From a bacterium (lineage in GTDB: Bacteria; Zhuqueibacterota; Zhuqueibacteria; Zhuqueibacterales; Zhuqueibacteraceae), in contig JBIOXB010000195.1 of the NCBI GenBank assembly GCA_044869275.1, positions 1 through 64,000 of the forward strand: 64,000 bases of DNA, read 5' to 3'. Every line of letters begins with the position of its first letter. Within the stretch, counting starts at the first letter, position 1. Position numbers and translations under genes: made by a program. The notes below the pieces were generated by a model. The model saw only the letters and a program-made list of their open reading frames with translations, searched no databases and had not been told where the DNA came from. Shown piece by piece: positions 1 to 9,530 of this stretch.

Positions 1-229
1 CGTCAATTTCGTAGATGGTGCAAATGTTGGGATGATCCAAAGCTGCCGCCGCATGCGCCTCATGAACGAAGCGGGTTTTCTCCGCCTCACTCGCCAAGAA
101 TGACGACGGCAGAAACTTGAGCGCGACGGTGCGCTTGAGCTTCGTATCCTCGGCTTTGTAGACGATGCCCATGCCGCCTTCGCCGAGCTTGGCGAGAATT
201 TTGTAGTGAGAAATGGTTTTGCCGATCAT
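1..229 (-). CDS. Ser/Thr protein kinase, N-terminal part (runs off the window edge)
   Basis: Manual translation [40 protein letters not shown]...[18 protein letters not shown] upstream; close paralog of 826..3165. Confidence 0.92.
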   Translation of the reverse strand, partial: MIGKTISHYKILAKLGEGGMGIVYKAEDTKLKRTVALKFLPSSFLASEAEKTRFVHEAHAAAALDHPNICTIYEID

Positions 230-315
230 TTTCTCCAGCACGTTTTTCCTAATGAAGGCTTGAATTTTGGGAAAAGTTCCGTATTTTTAGTCAACCAAAC
301 AGGAGTATCTCATTC

Positions 316-585
316 ATGCTAAGTGAATCCGACAAAACCGTTATCATCCGGTGCGCACAAAAATATAATGTTTCCACTATCTACCTCTTTGGCTCTTCGC
401 TGGATGCGGATGCCCAATCCCATGATATCGATCTTGGTGTGAAAGGCGTCGATCCTGCCATGTTTTTCAAATTTTATGGCGAGTTGTTGCGGCATCTTTC
501 CAAACCGGTGGATTTGGTTGACCTTTCGCACCAGACACTCTTCAATGAGTTGGTTGAAAAAAGAGGCGCCAAGATTTATGGATGA
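316..585 (+). CDS. Minimal nucleotidyltransferase (MNT), antitoxin-type
   Basis: 89 aa; LFGS...DIDLGV motif and PVDLVDL; AGGAG RBS. Confidence 0.88.
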   Translation: MLSESDKTVIIRCAQKYNVSTIYLFGSSLDADAQSHDIDLGVKGVDPAMFFKFYGELLRHLSKPVDLVDLSHQTLFNELVEKRGAKIYG

Positions 586-712
586 CTTGCGACAAGATAT
601 TGCGGCTGAAAAAGAGCGAATCGGCAAGACGCTGCAAGCTTTGGAGAAAACTCTTCGCCGCAAAACAGTCCTAACCATCTCACTCGCCTTGATGGACGAC
701 GGCTCGACGTGA
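578..712 (+). pseudogene. Truncated HEPN/HepT-like toxin N-terminus
   Basis: ATG overlaps the MNT end; MDDLRQDIAAEKERIGKTLQALEKTLRRK resembles HEPN helix 1; stops after 44 aa with no RxxxxH motif. Confidence 0.55.
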
Positions 713-825
713 GACCTCGGCGAGCTCGGTCGAGCCGCTCGCCGACACGGCAGAAACTTGATCCCGTCGCGTCGGGATTAAGCTTGATGTCCTCGGCTTA
801 CGCGCACCCTTCTCTCTTCTCCTCT

Positions 826-3165
826 CTATTTTGGCAATCCCACTTTCTTGACCAACGCCATGAATCTTGCCTCCGCACGCAGGGGATCAAACTTGGGCTC
901 GAGGTTAAGCCAAACCATCTGCGTCGAGCGTTCCTCGTAGGCTTTTTCCAGCCAGTTGAATGCCTGATTCTTTTCGTCTAGCGCGATGTAGATAAAAGCA
1001 ATAAAGCAAGGGTCGATGTACTCTTGCGTCGCGCGTGCTTGTAATTTGCGAAGTATCTTTTGCGCTGCAAGGCGTTGGCCGGATGCCGCCAAGGCGTATC
1101 CAAGCTCCGCAACGACGCTCGGCAGGTTTTCTGCAAAATTTTCAGCCTCTTTCAATATGGCAATGGCTTCGTTATATATCTTTTTTTGGGCATACGCCGC
1201 TGCGATAGTCGTGTACGCACGCACATAATTCGGATCCAACTCGAGAATTTTTTGACATTGCTCGATCGCTTGATCAAACCGCCGCGCCAAGTAATAGGTA
1301 TGGCCCAGGCTCTGATTGATAAACAGCGAGAGCGGATCAAGCTCAAGGGCGCGTTTGATTTCGGCAATGCCTTCATCCGTCCGTCCCATCGCGAATAAAT
1401 AGCGACCAAACGTACTATGAGCAATATCATGCTTTGGATTGAGCTCGAGAGCGCGTAGGTAATATCTCTCCGCCGCCGGCCAATCCCATGCGTAATAGAG
1501 ACGATACACCGCTAAGGCGACGAAACTAGGCGCCAGTGTCGAGTCAAGCTCTAGGGCTTTTTGGGCATAAAACTGTTCTTTCGGCTGCATCTCTTTGGGA
1601 TCGAGATAGAAGACCCCCAATGTGCCGTAGCATGAAGCCAAGCCATTATACGCCAGTGCAAAGTTTGGATCTTTGGCGATCGCTTGCTCATAATAGGTGA
1701 TCGCTTTTTTCAGATTTGCGGGTGTCCCTTTATTCCACAGATAAACACCTTTGAGATACGCCTCATAAGCGTTAGGATCAACTGCGCGGGTGCTGGCGAG
1801 ACGAGCCTGCTCTTGCGGCGTCAGCTTGATTTGAATTTCATGGGCAATGGCCCGCGCCACCTCGTTTTGCAGCGCCAAGACATTGCGCAGATCGCGTTCG
1901 TAGCTTTTGGCCCACAAGTGCCGGTCCGCCGCGGCATCAATTAACTGCGCGGTGATTTGCACCCGATTCTCGAATCGCTGCATTGAGCCTACTACCACCG
2001 CGTCCGCCTTCAACTCTTCGGCAATCTCGGGCAACGACTTTTTGGTGTCTTTGTATCGCATCACGGAAGTCCGTGAAATCACTCGCAGCGCGCCGATCTG
2101 AGCCAGGCTGGTAATCAACGCCTCGGTCATGCCGTCGGCAAAATATTCTTGTTCAGGATCGCCGGAAAGATTACCCAACGGCAGCACCGCGATGGAATCG
2201 TATCTTGCTTGACGCGCCCCAGTTTGCAGATTGAAATAGAAACTGATGCCAATCAGCAAAGCGATGAGGCCGGCAACGCCGCCGTACAAATAAGCTCGCT
2301 TTTTTCTGGAAGATTTGATTTGAGCCAACGGTGGGTGCGAGGCGCTTGCGACAAAACCCTTTTGCAGAGCGCGCAGGTCAACTAATATCTCATCGCAATG
2401 CTGGTAGCGTTCATGGGGCTTCTTCGCCAGAGCCTTGTTGACAATCCGCTCCAACTCCATCGGTACGCCCGTACGCAAACCCGTGATCGGCTCCGGCTTT
2501 TCGTTCATGATCGAATACATCACCGCCTGCTCGTATTCACCTTTAAAGGGATGCTGTCCGGTGATCATTTCGTAAAGCACGACACCAAACGACCAAATAT
2601 CGGTGCGATGATCGACATTTTCTCCGCGCGCCTGCTCCGGCGACATATAAGCGATCGTGCCCAACGTTGTCCCTTCTTTCGTGAGCGCCGACCGTCCCGC
2701 CAGTTTCGCCAAGCCAAAATCCATGATCTTCACTTGCCCTTTTGAAGTGAGCATAATATTGGCAGGCTTGATGTCGCGATGCGTGATCTTTTTCTCATGC
2801 GCGGCTTGCAGCCCATCGGCAACTTGCATGACGATATTGAGCGCTTCATCGAGCTTCAACGGCCCCACTGCAATTTTCTCTTTCAAGCTATGGCCTTCGA
2901 TGAATTCCATCGCAATGAAAGCCTGCCCGTCGGTCTCATTAATTTCGTAGACCGTACAGATGTTGGGATGATTCAAAGCCGCCGCCGCTTGCGCTTCGTG
3001 GACGAAGCGTGTTTTCTCCGCCTCACTCGCCATGATAGACGACGGCAGAAATTTCAGCGCGACGGTGCGTTTGAGCTTGGTGTCTTCGGCTTTGTAGACG
3101 ATACCCATCCCGCCACGGCCTAGTTCTTTCAGAATGCGATAATGAGAAATCAGTTTACCAATCAT
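826..3165 (-). CDS. Ser/Thr kinase - hydrophobic segment - TolB-like domain - TPR protein
   Basis: GRGGMG, HRDIKPAN, DFG, YMSPE; SIAVLPLGNLSGDPEQEYFADGMTE; several TPRs. Confidence 0.95.
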   Translation of the reverse strand: MIGKLISHYRILKELGRGGMGIVYKAEDTKLKRTVALKFLPSSIMASEAEKTRFVHEAQAAAALNHPNICTVYEINETDGQAFIAMEFIEGHSLKEKIAVGPLKLDEALNIVMQVADGLQAAHEKKITHRDIKPANIMLTSKGQVKIMDFGLAKLAGRSALTKEGTTLGTIAYMSPEQARGENVDHRTDIWSFGVVLYEMITGQHPFKGEYEQAVMYSIMNEKPEPITGLRTGVPMELERIVNKALAKKPHERYQHCDEILVDLRALQKGFVASASHPPLAQIKSSRKKRAYLYGGVAGLIALLIGISFYFNLQTGARQARYDSIAVLPLGNLSGDPEQEYFADGMTEALITSLAQIGALRVISRTSVMRYKDTKKSLPEIAEELKADAVVVGSMQRFENRVQITAQLIDAAADRHLWAKSYERDLRNVLALQNEVARAIAHEIQIKLTPQEQARLASTRAVDPNAYEAYLKGVYLWNKGTPANLKKAITYYEQAIAKDPNFALAYNGLASCYGTLGVFYLDPKEMQPKEQFYAQKALELDSTLAPSFVALAVYRLYYAWDWPAAERYYLRALELNPKHDIAHSTFGRYLFAMGRTDEGIAEIKRALELDPLSLFINQSLGHTYYLARRFDQAIEQCQKILELDPNYVRAYTTIAAAYAQKKIYNEAIAILKEAENFAENLPSVVAELGYALAASGQRLAAQKILRKLQARATQEYIDPCFIAFIYIALDEKNQAFNWLEKAYEERSTQMVWLNLEPKFDPLRAEARFMALVKKVGLPK

Positions 3166-3254
3166 GCTGAATTTCTCCTTTGCCTGCGGGACAAGTCGCC
3201 GCCACTGCCAAGTTTTTCCAGAACCTTGTAGTGTGAAACTGTCTCGCCAATCAT
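3162..3254 (-). pseudogene. 30-aa kinase N-terminal stub
   Basis: MIGETVSHYKVLEKLGSGGDLSRRQRRNSA*; its TGA overlaps the kinase ATG (ATGA). Confidence 0.7.
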
Positions 3255-3306
3255 GTCGTCAACTTAGAATTGATTTATGACTTTTCACTGGTATAGCAAG
3301 AATTTA

Positions 3307-3426
3307 CAGACTGTGTGAAAACGTCTGTTTCAAAGTCAGGCAGAGCGAAGTCGAAACCTGATTATTGAGCTTAGCACCCTTCGACTACGCTCAGGGTGAC
3401 ACGCTTTTGGGTTTTCACACAGTCTG
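3307..3426. mobile_element. MITE copy 1, IS1182-like TIRs
   Basis: Perfect 16-bp TIR CAGACTGTGTGAAAAC/GTTTTCACACAGTCTG; flanked by TTA on both sides; internal REP-like palindrome. Confidence 0.8.
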
Positions 3427-4080
3427 TTACATATCGAATGAATGGTAGGACGGGGGTCTCAGGGTGCCGCTCCCTCACATCGTTTGGCATATGAATCCTA
3501 TACCAATGTGGTTCGGTCCGGCTATCCTGACATATTCGGTCGAACTATCAGCACGAGTTGTGGCGGGGGAGTAATCGCCCTCTTATGAGCTTCGCTCGAG
3601 CAGATAACGCGAATTTATCTGACGACCAGAAGCAATTTTCAAGACACAAGAAAATAAGAGAACGAGAATTTTATGCTCGTAGGCAGGTAGATGAACCAAT
3701 CGTCGTTGGCCCAAGGGAGGATTGAACTCAGAGAAGACTATGGCCGTGAATTGCTTGAAATTGCGTTTCATTCTCACCCAAATCTCTGGCACTTCTTGCC
3801 AGTGCTGGGAAGCTACGTAATGCCAATTGCCTGCACAAGTCTCACGACCAGACTACAAGGCAGGGCCCCAAGTCGGGCAGCCTGTCACTAAAAATTACGC
3901 GTAAGATAAGAAAAGTAAGATCAGAAGCAACCAAAAAAAGGAGAACAAAAAATGCCGGAATAAAAAAAATCTCCCACAGCGACCAGGTTGAACCTTATTC
4001 GTTTGGGGGGGAACGAGAAGGCCCCTGCTGCAGGAGATTATTCAGACAAAATAGCGATGAAAACGAGAAAAGCAATTACT

Positions 4081-5601
4081 TTAATTTCCATAGAGCCGCT
4101 GGCCCGCTTGGCGAACGTCATGCAGCAGAATCTCCATGTCACGCTCCCGCGTGCGATAGTTCAGCACACAGCCTCTGAGCGCGAAGCGGCCGGCGATGCT
4201 GGCGTTGGACAGATATGAGCTTCCGCCGCGCTGCACCTCGGTGAGAATTCGCTCATTCAAAACATCGAGATCCTGATCTAATGATCTTCGCCGTTCAGGA
4301 CTGGCCGCGCCATAAGCCGTTTTCATCGGCGGCGGCACATATCTGAAACAGAAGATCGACAGCTCCACCGGCGCCAACATCTCGAAATCCTCGGCTTTGC
4401 CCACCATTTGCGCCAAGTATTGCGCACACTGGCAATTGCGGGCAATGGCCTCGCCTAAGGCGCGCGTGCCGGCATGTGAAAGCATCATCCAAACTTTCAA
4501 AGCTCGAAACCGTCGCGTGAGCTCAGGGCCGTAGTCCCAGAACGCAAAAGCTTCGTCGGCGTCGTGCGCCATAATGCGAATATACTCAGCCTCGTGCCCG
4601 AACGTTTTTCGCGCGCGCGCCGGATCCCGGTAAAGAACGCAACCGCAATCACCGGGGACGTACAACCATTTGTGCGGGTCCAATGCCACGGAATCCGCCC
4701 GCTCAATCCCGCGAAACAAATCGCGTTTGGAGGGCGCTAACGTCGCGAAGCCTCCATAGCAGGCATCCACATGCAACCAAAGGCCATACTGCGAAGCCAC
4801 TTCGGCAATCTCTTCCAAGCGGTCACAGGCTCCGGTGTTTACGGTGCCGGCGTTTGCCACGACACAAAATGGGACGTAACCGCTAGCGAGATCTTCTTCA
4901 ACCAGCATTGCCAACGCCTGCGCCTCCATTTGAAAGCGCTGGTTAACGCCGACACGGCGTACGTGATCGTGGCCAAGGCCGAGCAGTCCCGCTGCTTTGT
5001 TAATGGAATGGTGGCCCTCCTCCGACATGTAGAGCCGCATCGGGCGGTCCAGGGCCTGGCAGCCGACGGAGGCCACATGGATGGGCGCCTTTGCCTCCCG
5101 GGCAACCGCCAAGGCACACAGGTTCGCCATCGAACCGCCGCTGACAAACAACCCTTCGGCTTCAGGGAGGTATCCGATAATCTGCTTGATCCACCCAATC
5201 GTCTGGCGCTCCACCTCCGCCGAGGCTGGAGCAGATCGCCAGGAAGTTAGGCTGGGATTGAGCGTGGAAGCGAGCAGGTCGGCAAAGGCCGTCGCGGCGC
5301 TGCCGGGCGAAGCGATGTAGCCGAAAAAGCGCGGGTGCCCGTTGTGGCGGCTTAAACGGAAAATGACCTGGTTGATGAACTCGAGCAATACTTTGAAATC
5401 CTTCCCTTCGACGGGAAGGTCCTGGTATAGCTTCTCCCGCACCGCACGGCTGGAGGTGTTTGGCACGATTGGAATGTTTGGAAGTGCGCCGTAGTATTCT
5501 GCCATCATTTCGATGGCCGCGCGCCCCATGTCCATGATTTGCTCGGGCGAGGGATCCAATGCCGGTGGCGCAGCCGTCGGGTTTATTTCAGGTGGGTTCA
5601 T
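4081..5601 (-). CDS. Group II PLP-dependent decarboxylase (aromatic-L-amino-acid/glutamate decarboxylase family)
   Basis: HPRFFGY, SGGSMAN, HVDACYGG, DPHKW (PLP lysine); start moved to MNPPE at 5601. Confidence 0.92.
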   Translation of the reverse strand: MNPPEINPTAAPPALDPSPEQIMDMGRAAIEMMAEYYGALPNIPIVPNTSSRAVREKLYQDLPVEGKDFKVLLEFINQVIFRLSRHNGHPRFFGYIASPGSAATAFADLLASTLNPSLTSWRSAPASAEVERQTIGWIKQIIGYLPEAEGLFVSGGSMANLCALAVAREAKAPIHVASVGCQALDRPMRLYMSEEGHHSINKAAGLLGLGHDHVRRVGVNQRFQMEAQALAMLVEEDLASGYVPFCVVANAGTVNTGACDRLEEIAEVASQYGLWLHVDACYGGFATLAPSKRDLFRGIERADSVALDPHKWLYVPGDCGCVLYRDPARARKTFGHEAEYIRIMAHDADEAFAFWDYGPELTRRFRALKVWMMLSHAGTRALGEAIARNCQCAQYLAQMVGKAEDFEMLAPVELSIFCFRYVPPPMKTAYGAASPERRRSLDQDLDVLNERILTEVQRGGSSYLSNASIAGRFALRGCVLNYRTRERDMEILLHDVRQAGQRLYGN

Positions 5602-5894
5602 AGCGGAGCATGCTTTCGATTTTTGCAGCGGCTTTCGCGGTCGACTCACATGAAAACAATATAGTAAGGCTGAGGAAATCATACCATCAAATTCTTTGCG
5701 GAACGCGAGCCTTTGATTTGTTTTGAGCTCAGTTCTTGCCGCGCTCTCAGGACTAACAAACGGCGTAACTGTACGTTGTATCTTGCTTTCGATGCAATAG
5801 TTTTGCATCTTATTTGTGTTTTGCTCCGGCCCCAAGGGATGGTTTTCAGGCAAAGCAATTTCAGACTTTCTCAGCATCCTGCTAAAGGTTTTGG

Positions 5895-8800
5895 ATGAAG
5901 AGCGCGAATTTTAACACGATCGTTCGCCAATACTTTCAATCTCTGGCAAGCCCGGCGATTAAACTCATCTGCCTGGCTCTCGCGTTCAGCCTGCCGGCTC
6001 AGCTCTTCGCCCAACAACGGCGCGTTCGGTTCGAACGCATCTCCCTGGAGCATGGTTTGTCACAAAGCATCGTACAAGTCATCTTTCAGGATAGCAAAGG
6101 GTTTTTGTGGTTCGGGGCGCAAGATGGCTTGAATAAGTACGACGGCTACGAGTTTACCACTTACAAGTACGATCCGTTTGATTCAACCTCATTGTCGGAG
6201 AATGATATTTGGGCGATCTACGAAGCGCCTTCAGAACCCAAAGGGCTATGGATTGGAACCGGCGCGAGCGGCCTCAATCGGTTCGATCGTGAGACCGAGA
6301 AGTTCGCGCATTTCCGCCACAACCCGGACGATCCCGCCAGTTTAAGCAATGACTTTGTCGGGCGGATTTACGAAGACCGCACGGGAAACCTTTGGGTATT
6401 TACCGCCGGCGGACTTGACCGGCTCGACCGCAAGACCGGCAAGTTTACACATTATCGCCATGATTCCGGCAACCCTTACAGCCTGAGCCATGATAAGATC
6501 ACGGCCTTCCATGAATCTGTGCTGGACCCGGGTGTGTTGTGGATCGGGACCCTTGCCGGCCTCAATCGCCTCGAAGCAAAAACCGGCCGCTGTTTCCAAT
6601 ATCGGCACGAGAAGGATAACGCCAACAGCTTGAGTCACGACGGCATCTCATCCCTCTATGAATCTCCGGCGCAACCGGGCATACTTTGGATTGGGACGGG
6701 AACACTTGAGGCTTCGCTGCAAGGAGGCGGGCTCAATCGCCTCGATACCAAAAGCGGCAGGTTCACTTGTTACCGCCATAATCCCGGCGATCCCAACAGC
6801 ATCGGCAGCGACATCGTCGGGCCGATTCATGAAGACGGAGACGGCGCGCTTTGGGTGGGGACGCTGGCCGGGCTGGATAAGCTTGTCCTGAAAGGACCAG
6901 ATCGGCAAACCGGCACGTTCACGCATTTTGTGCTTAACGCCGGCAGCCCCAACCTCTTGAGCCATGCCGTGGCCTCCATTTTTGCAGACGCCAAGGGCTA
7001 TCTCTGGATTCGTACGCCTTTGAATGACGGCGTGTATCGCTTTGATTCGCGCTCTCCCGCCGCGGCGGAATTTCTGCATTGCCGGTTTGATCCAAACGAT
7101 CCGCACAGCTTGAGCAACGATCTGATTATGAGCATTTTTGAAGATCGGTCGGGCGCGCTCTGGCTGGGAACTCAAATCGGCGGGTTGAACAAACTCGATC
7201 AATATGCCGAGAAATTCACCACGTTCGCGCCGGAGCCAGATAATGCCAACAGCCTGAGCAGTTATTTGGTGCGGGCGATTCACGAAGATCACTCGGCGCC
7301 TGACGTGCTCTGGATCGGCGTGGCGCAAGGTGGCCTCAACAAGCTCGAGCGCAAGACCGGGAGGTTTACGCACTATCGCCACGATCCGCAAAACCCGAAC
7401 AGTCTGAGCAACGATAATGTGTGGGCAATCCATGAATCCCGTGGCGGTGGGAGCGCGGGCGAGTTATGGGTGGGAACGCTGGGCGGAGGGCTCGACAAAT
7501 TTGATCGCCGCCGCGAAACCTTCGCCCACTATTGCCACGATCCGGCGAATGCGAACAGCTTGAGCAACGACAACGTTCGGGTCATTTTTGAAGATCGCTT
7601 CGAGCCCGGCGTGCTGTGGATTGGAACGGACGGCGGCGGCCTCAATCGCTTTGATTTGAAAACGAATCGCTTTACCCATTGGCAAAGTGACCCGAAGAAC
7701 CAGAACAGCTTGAGCCACAACTCGCTGCGCGCCATCCATCAAGACCGGTCGGGCGTGCTCTGGCTCGGTACCGCCGGCGGCTTCAATAGGTTTGATCCCA
7801 AGACCAACGGCTTCAAACGCTATTTGCACGAGGCCGCGAATCCCAACAGCTTGGGCGGCGCCATCGCGCAGTCAATCTATGAAGACCCTGACGGCATGCT
7901 CTGGCTGGGCACCTATGGCGGCGGGCTGAATCGTTTCGATCCGAAAACCGGGCAGTTTACGGTTTACACAGAAAACAACAGCGGCCTCAGCAACAATGCG
8001 GTTTATGCGACTCTGCCGGATGAACACGGCAATCTCTGGCTGAGCACCAATGCCGGCGTGTGCAGGTTCAACCCGCGTTCGAACACGTTTAAAATCTACG
8101 ATACGGACGATGGTTTGCAAAGCCGCGAGTTCAATGGACAATCTTACTTCAAAAGCCCCTCCGGTGAAATGTTCTTCGGCGGTATCGCGGGTTTCAACGC
8201 TTTCTATCCGGACAGCGTCAAGGACAATCCCATCGCACCGCGGCTCGCATTCACCGATTTGAAGCTTTTCAATGCTTCGGTGTCTATCGGCGGCAAATCG
8301 CCGCTGCAAAAGCACATCTCGGAAACCGATTCCATTGCACTGGCGTATTGGCAGAATGACATTTCATTGGAGTTTGTGGCGTTGCATTATGGCCGCCCCG
8401 AGAATAACGAGTATGCCTTCAGGTTGGAGAATTACGATACCGGCTGGCGTTACGCCGGGACCCAACGCCTCGCGACTTACACCAATCTCGATCCCGGTGC
8501 TTATGTTTTCCGCGTCAAGGGTTCGAACAACGATGGCGTCTGGAACGAAGAGGGCATTTCCATTCGCATCACCATCACGCCGCCATGGTGGCGAACGACC
8601 GCGGCCAAGGCCACGTATGTTTTGCTTTTGATCGTGGGCCTGGTGGCGGTTGAGCGTTTACATCGCGCGCGCCTGCTGGCGAAGGAACGGGCAAGTGCTT
8701 ATCTGCGCGAGGCAGAATTGCGGGCGGAAGCGGCGGAAGCCAAAGCCCGCGCGATTCAGGCGGAAAATGAGCGCAAGACGCACGAGCTGGAAGAAGCGCG

Positions 8801-9491
8801 CAAGCTGCAATTGTCGATGCTGCCGAAAACCCTGCCGGCGCTTCCCAATTTTGACATTGCGGTTTACATGCAAACCGCCAACGAGGTCGGCGGAGATTAT
8901 TATGACTTCAAGCTCGAGGACGACGGCACGCTGACTGCGGCGGTTGGCGACGCCACCGGCCATGGCCTGCAGGCCGGCACCATGGTCGCGGCCACCAAGA
9001 GCCTGTTCAATGCGCTGGCGCACATGCCGCACCCGGTGCCGATTCTAGCCGAAGCTTCGCATGCGCTCAGAGGCATGGGGTTTCACAATATGTACATGGC
9101 GATGACCATCGCCAAGTTCAAAGAGCACCGCCTGCGGCTGGCAGCCGCCGGCATGCCGCACACGCTCATTTACCGTGCGGCCTCGCGTCAGGTCGAAGAA
9201 GTAGAGCTCAAGGGCATGCCGCTGGGAAGCTTTTCCGAGATCCAGTACCAATGGAAAGATCTGCACTTGCACACGGGCGATGCGGTGCTCTTTATGAGCG
9301 ACGGCTTGCCGGAAATGTTCAATGCGCAGGGCGAGGTGCTGGGTGAGGACCGGGCGAAAGAGCTTTTTAAAGAAGTGGGACAAGTCTCCTCCGAGCAAAT
9401 CGTCGAGCATCTGGTCACGGCCGGAAAGACCTGGGCCGACGGCCAGCCGCAGAAAGATGACGTGACGCTGGTGGTGGTGAAAGTGAAATGA
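5895..9491 (+). CDS. Sensor phosphatase: Reg_prop beta-propellers, Y_Y_Y domain, TM, SpoIIE/PP2C
   Basis: Signal peptide; repeated SLSxD...LWIGTxGGLN; YTNLDPGAY; VGGDYYD, GDATGHG, SDG, DD. Confidence 0.93.
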   Translation: MKSANFNTIVRQYFQSLASPAIKLICLALAFSLPAQLFAQQRRVRFERISLEHGLSQSIVQVIFQDSKGFLWFGAQDGLNKYDGYEFTTYKYDPFDSTSLSENDIWAIYEAPSEPKGLWIGTGASGLNRFDRETEKFAHFRHNPDDPASLSNDFVGRIYEDRTGNLWVFTAGGLDRLDRKTGKFTHYRHDSGNPYSLSHDKITAFHESVLDPGVLWIGTLAGLNRLEAKTGRCFQYRHEKDNANSLSHDGISSLYESPAQPGILWIGTGTLEASLQGGGLNRLDTKSGRFTCYRHNPGDPNSIGSDIVGPIHEDGDGALWVGTLAGLDKLVLKGPDRQTGTFTHFVLNAGSPNLLSHAVASIFADAKGYLWIRTPLNDGVYRFDSRSPAAAEFLHCRFDPNDPHSLSNDLIMSIFEDRSGALWLGTQIGGLNKLDQYAEKFTTFAPEPDNANSLSSYLVRAIHEDHSAPDVLWIGVAQGGLNKLERKTGRFTHYRHDPQNPNSLSNDNVWAIHESRGGGSAGELWVGTLGGGLDKFDRRRETFAHYCHDPANANSLSNDNVRVIFEDRFEPGVLWIGTDGGGLNRFDLKTNRFTHWQSDPKNQNSLSHNSLRAIHQDRSGVLWLGTAGGFNRFDPKTNGFKRYLHEAANPNSLGGAIAQSIYEDPDGMLWLGTYGGGLNRFDPKTGQFTVYTENNSGLSNNAVYATLPDEHGNLWLSTNAGVCRFNPRSNTFKIYDTDDGLQSREFNGQSYFKSPSGEMFFGGIAGFNAFYPDSVKDNPIAPRLAFTDLKLFNASVSIGGKSPLQKHISETDSIALAYWQNDISLEFVALHYGRPENNEYAFRLENYDTGWRYAGTQRLATYTNLDPGAYVFRVKGSNNDGVWNEEGISIRITITPPWWRTTAAKATYVLLLIVGLVAVERLHRARLLAKERASAYLREAELRAEAAEAKARAIQAENERKTHELEEARKLQLSMLPKTLPALPNFDIAVYMQTANEVGGDYYDFKLEDDGTLTAAVGDATGHGLQAGTMVAATKSLFNALAHMPHPVPILAEASHALRGMGFHNMYMAMTIAKFKEHRLRLAAAGMPHTLIYRAASRQVEEVELKGMPLGSFSEIQYQWKDLHLHTGDAVLFMSDGLPEMFNAQGEVLGEDRAKELFKEVGQVSSEQIVEHLVTAGKTWADGQPQKDDVTLVVVKVK

Positions 9492-9530
9492 GGGGTGATA
9501 ATTGCACCACGAGTTCAGGTTAGGTTAGCC

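Noticed and set aside
1..3254. Diversity-generating retroelement acting on the kinase paralogs
   Set aside because: No reverse transcriptase; the differences I inspected are mostly synonymous and not adenine-specific
5602..5877. 92-aa N-terminal extension of the decarboxylase
   Set aside because: No family resemblance; it occupies the divergent promoter region
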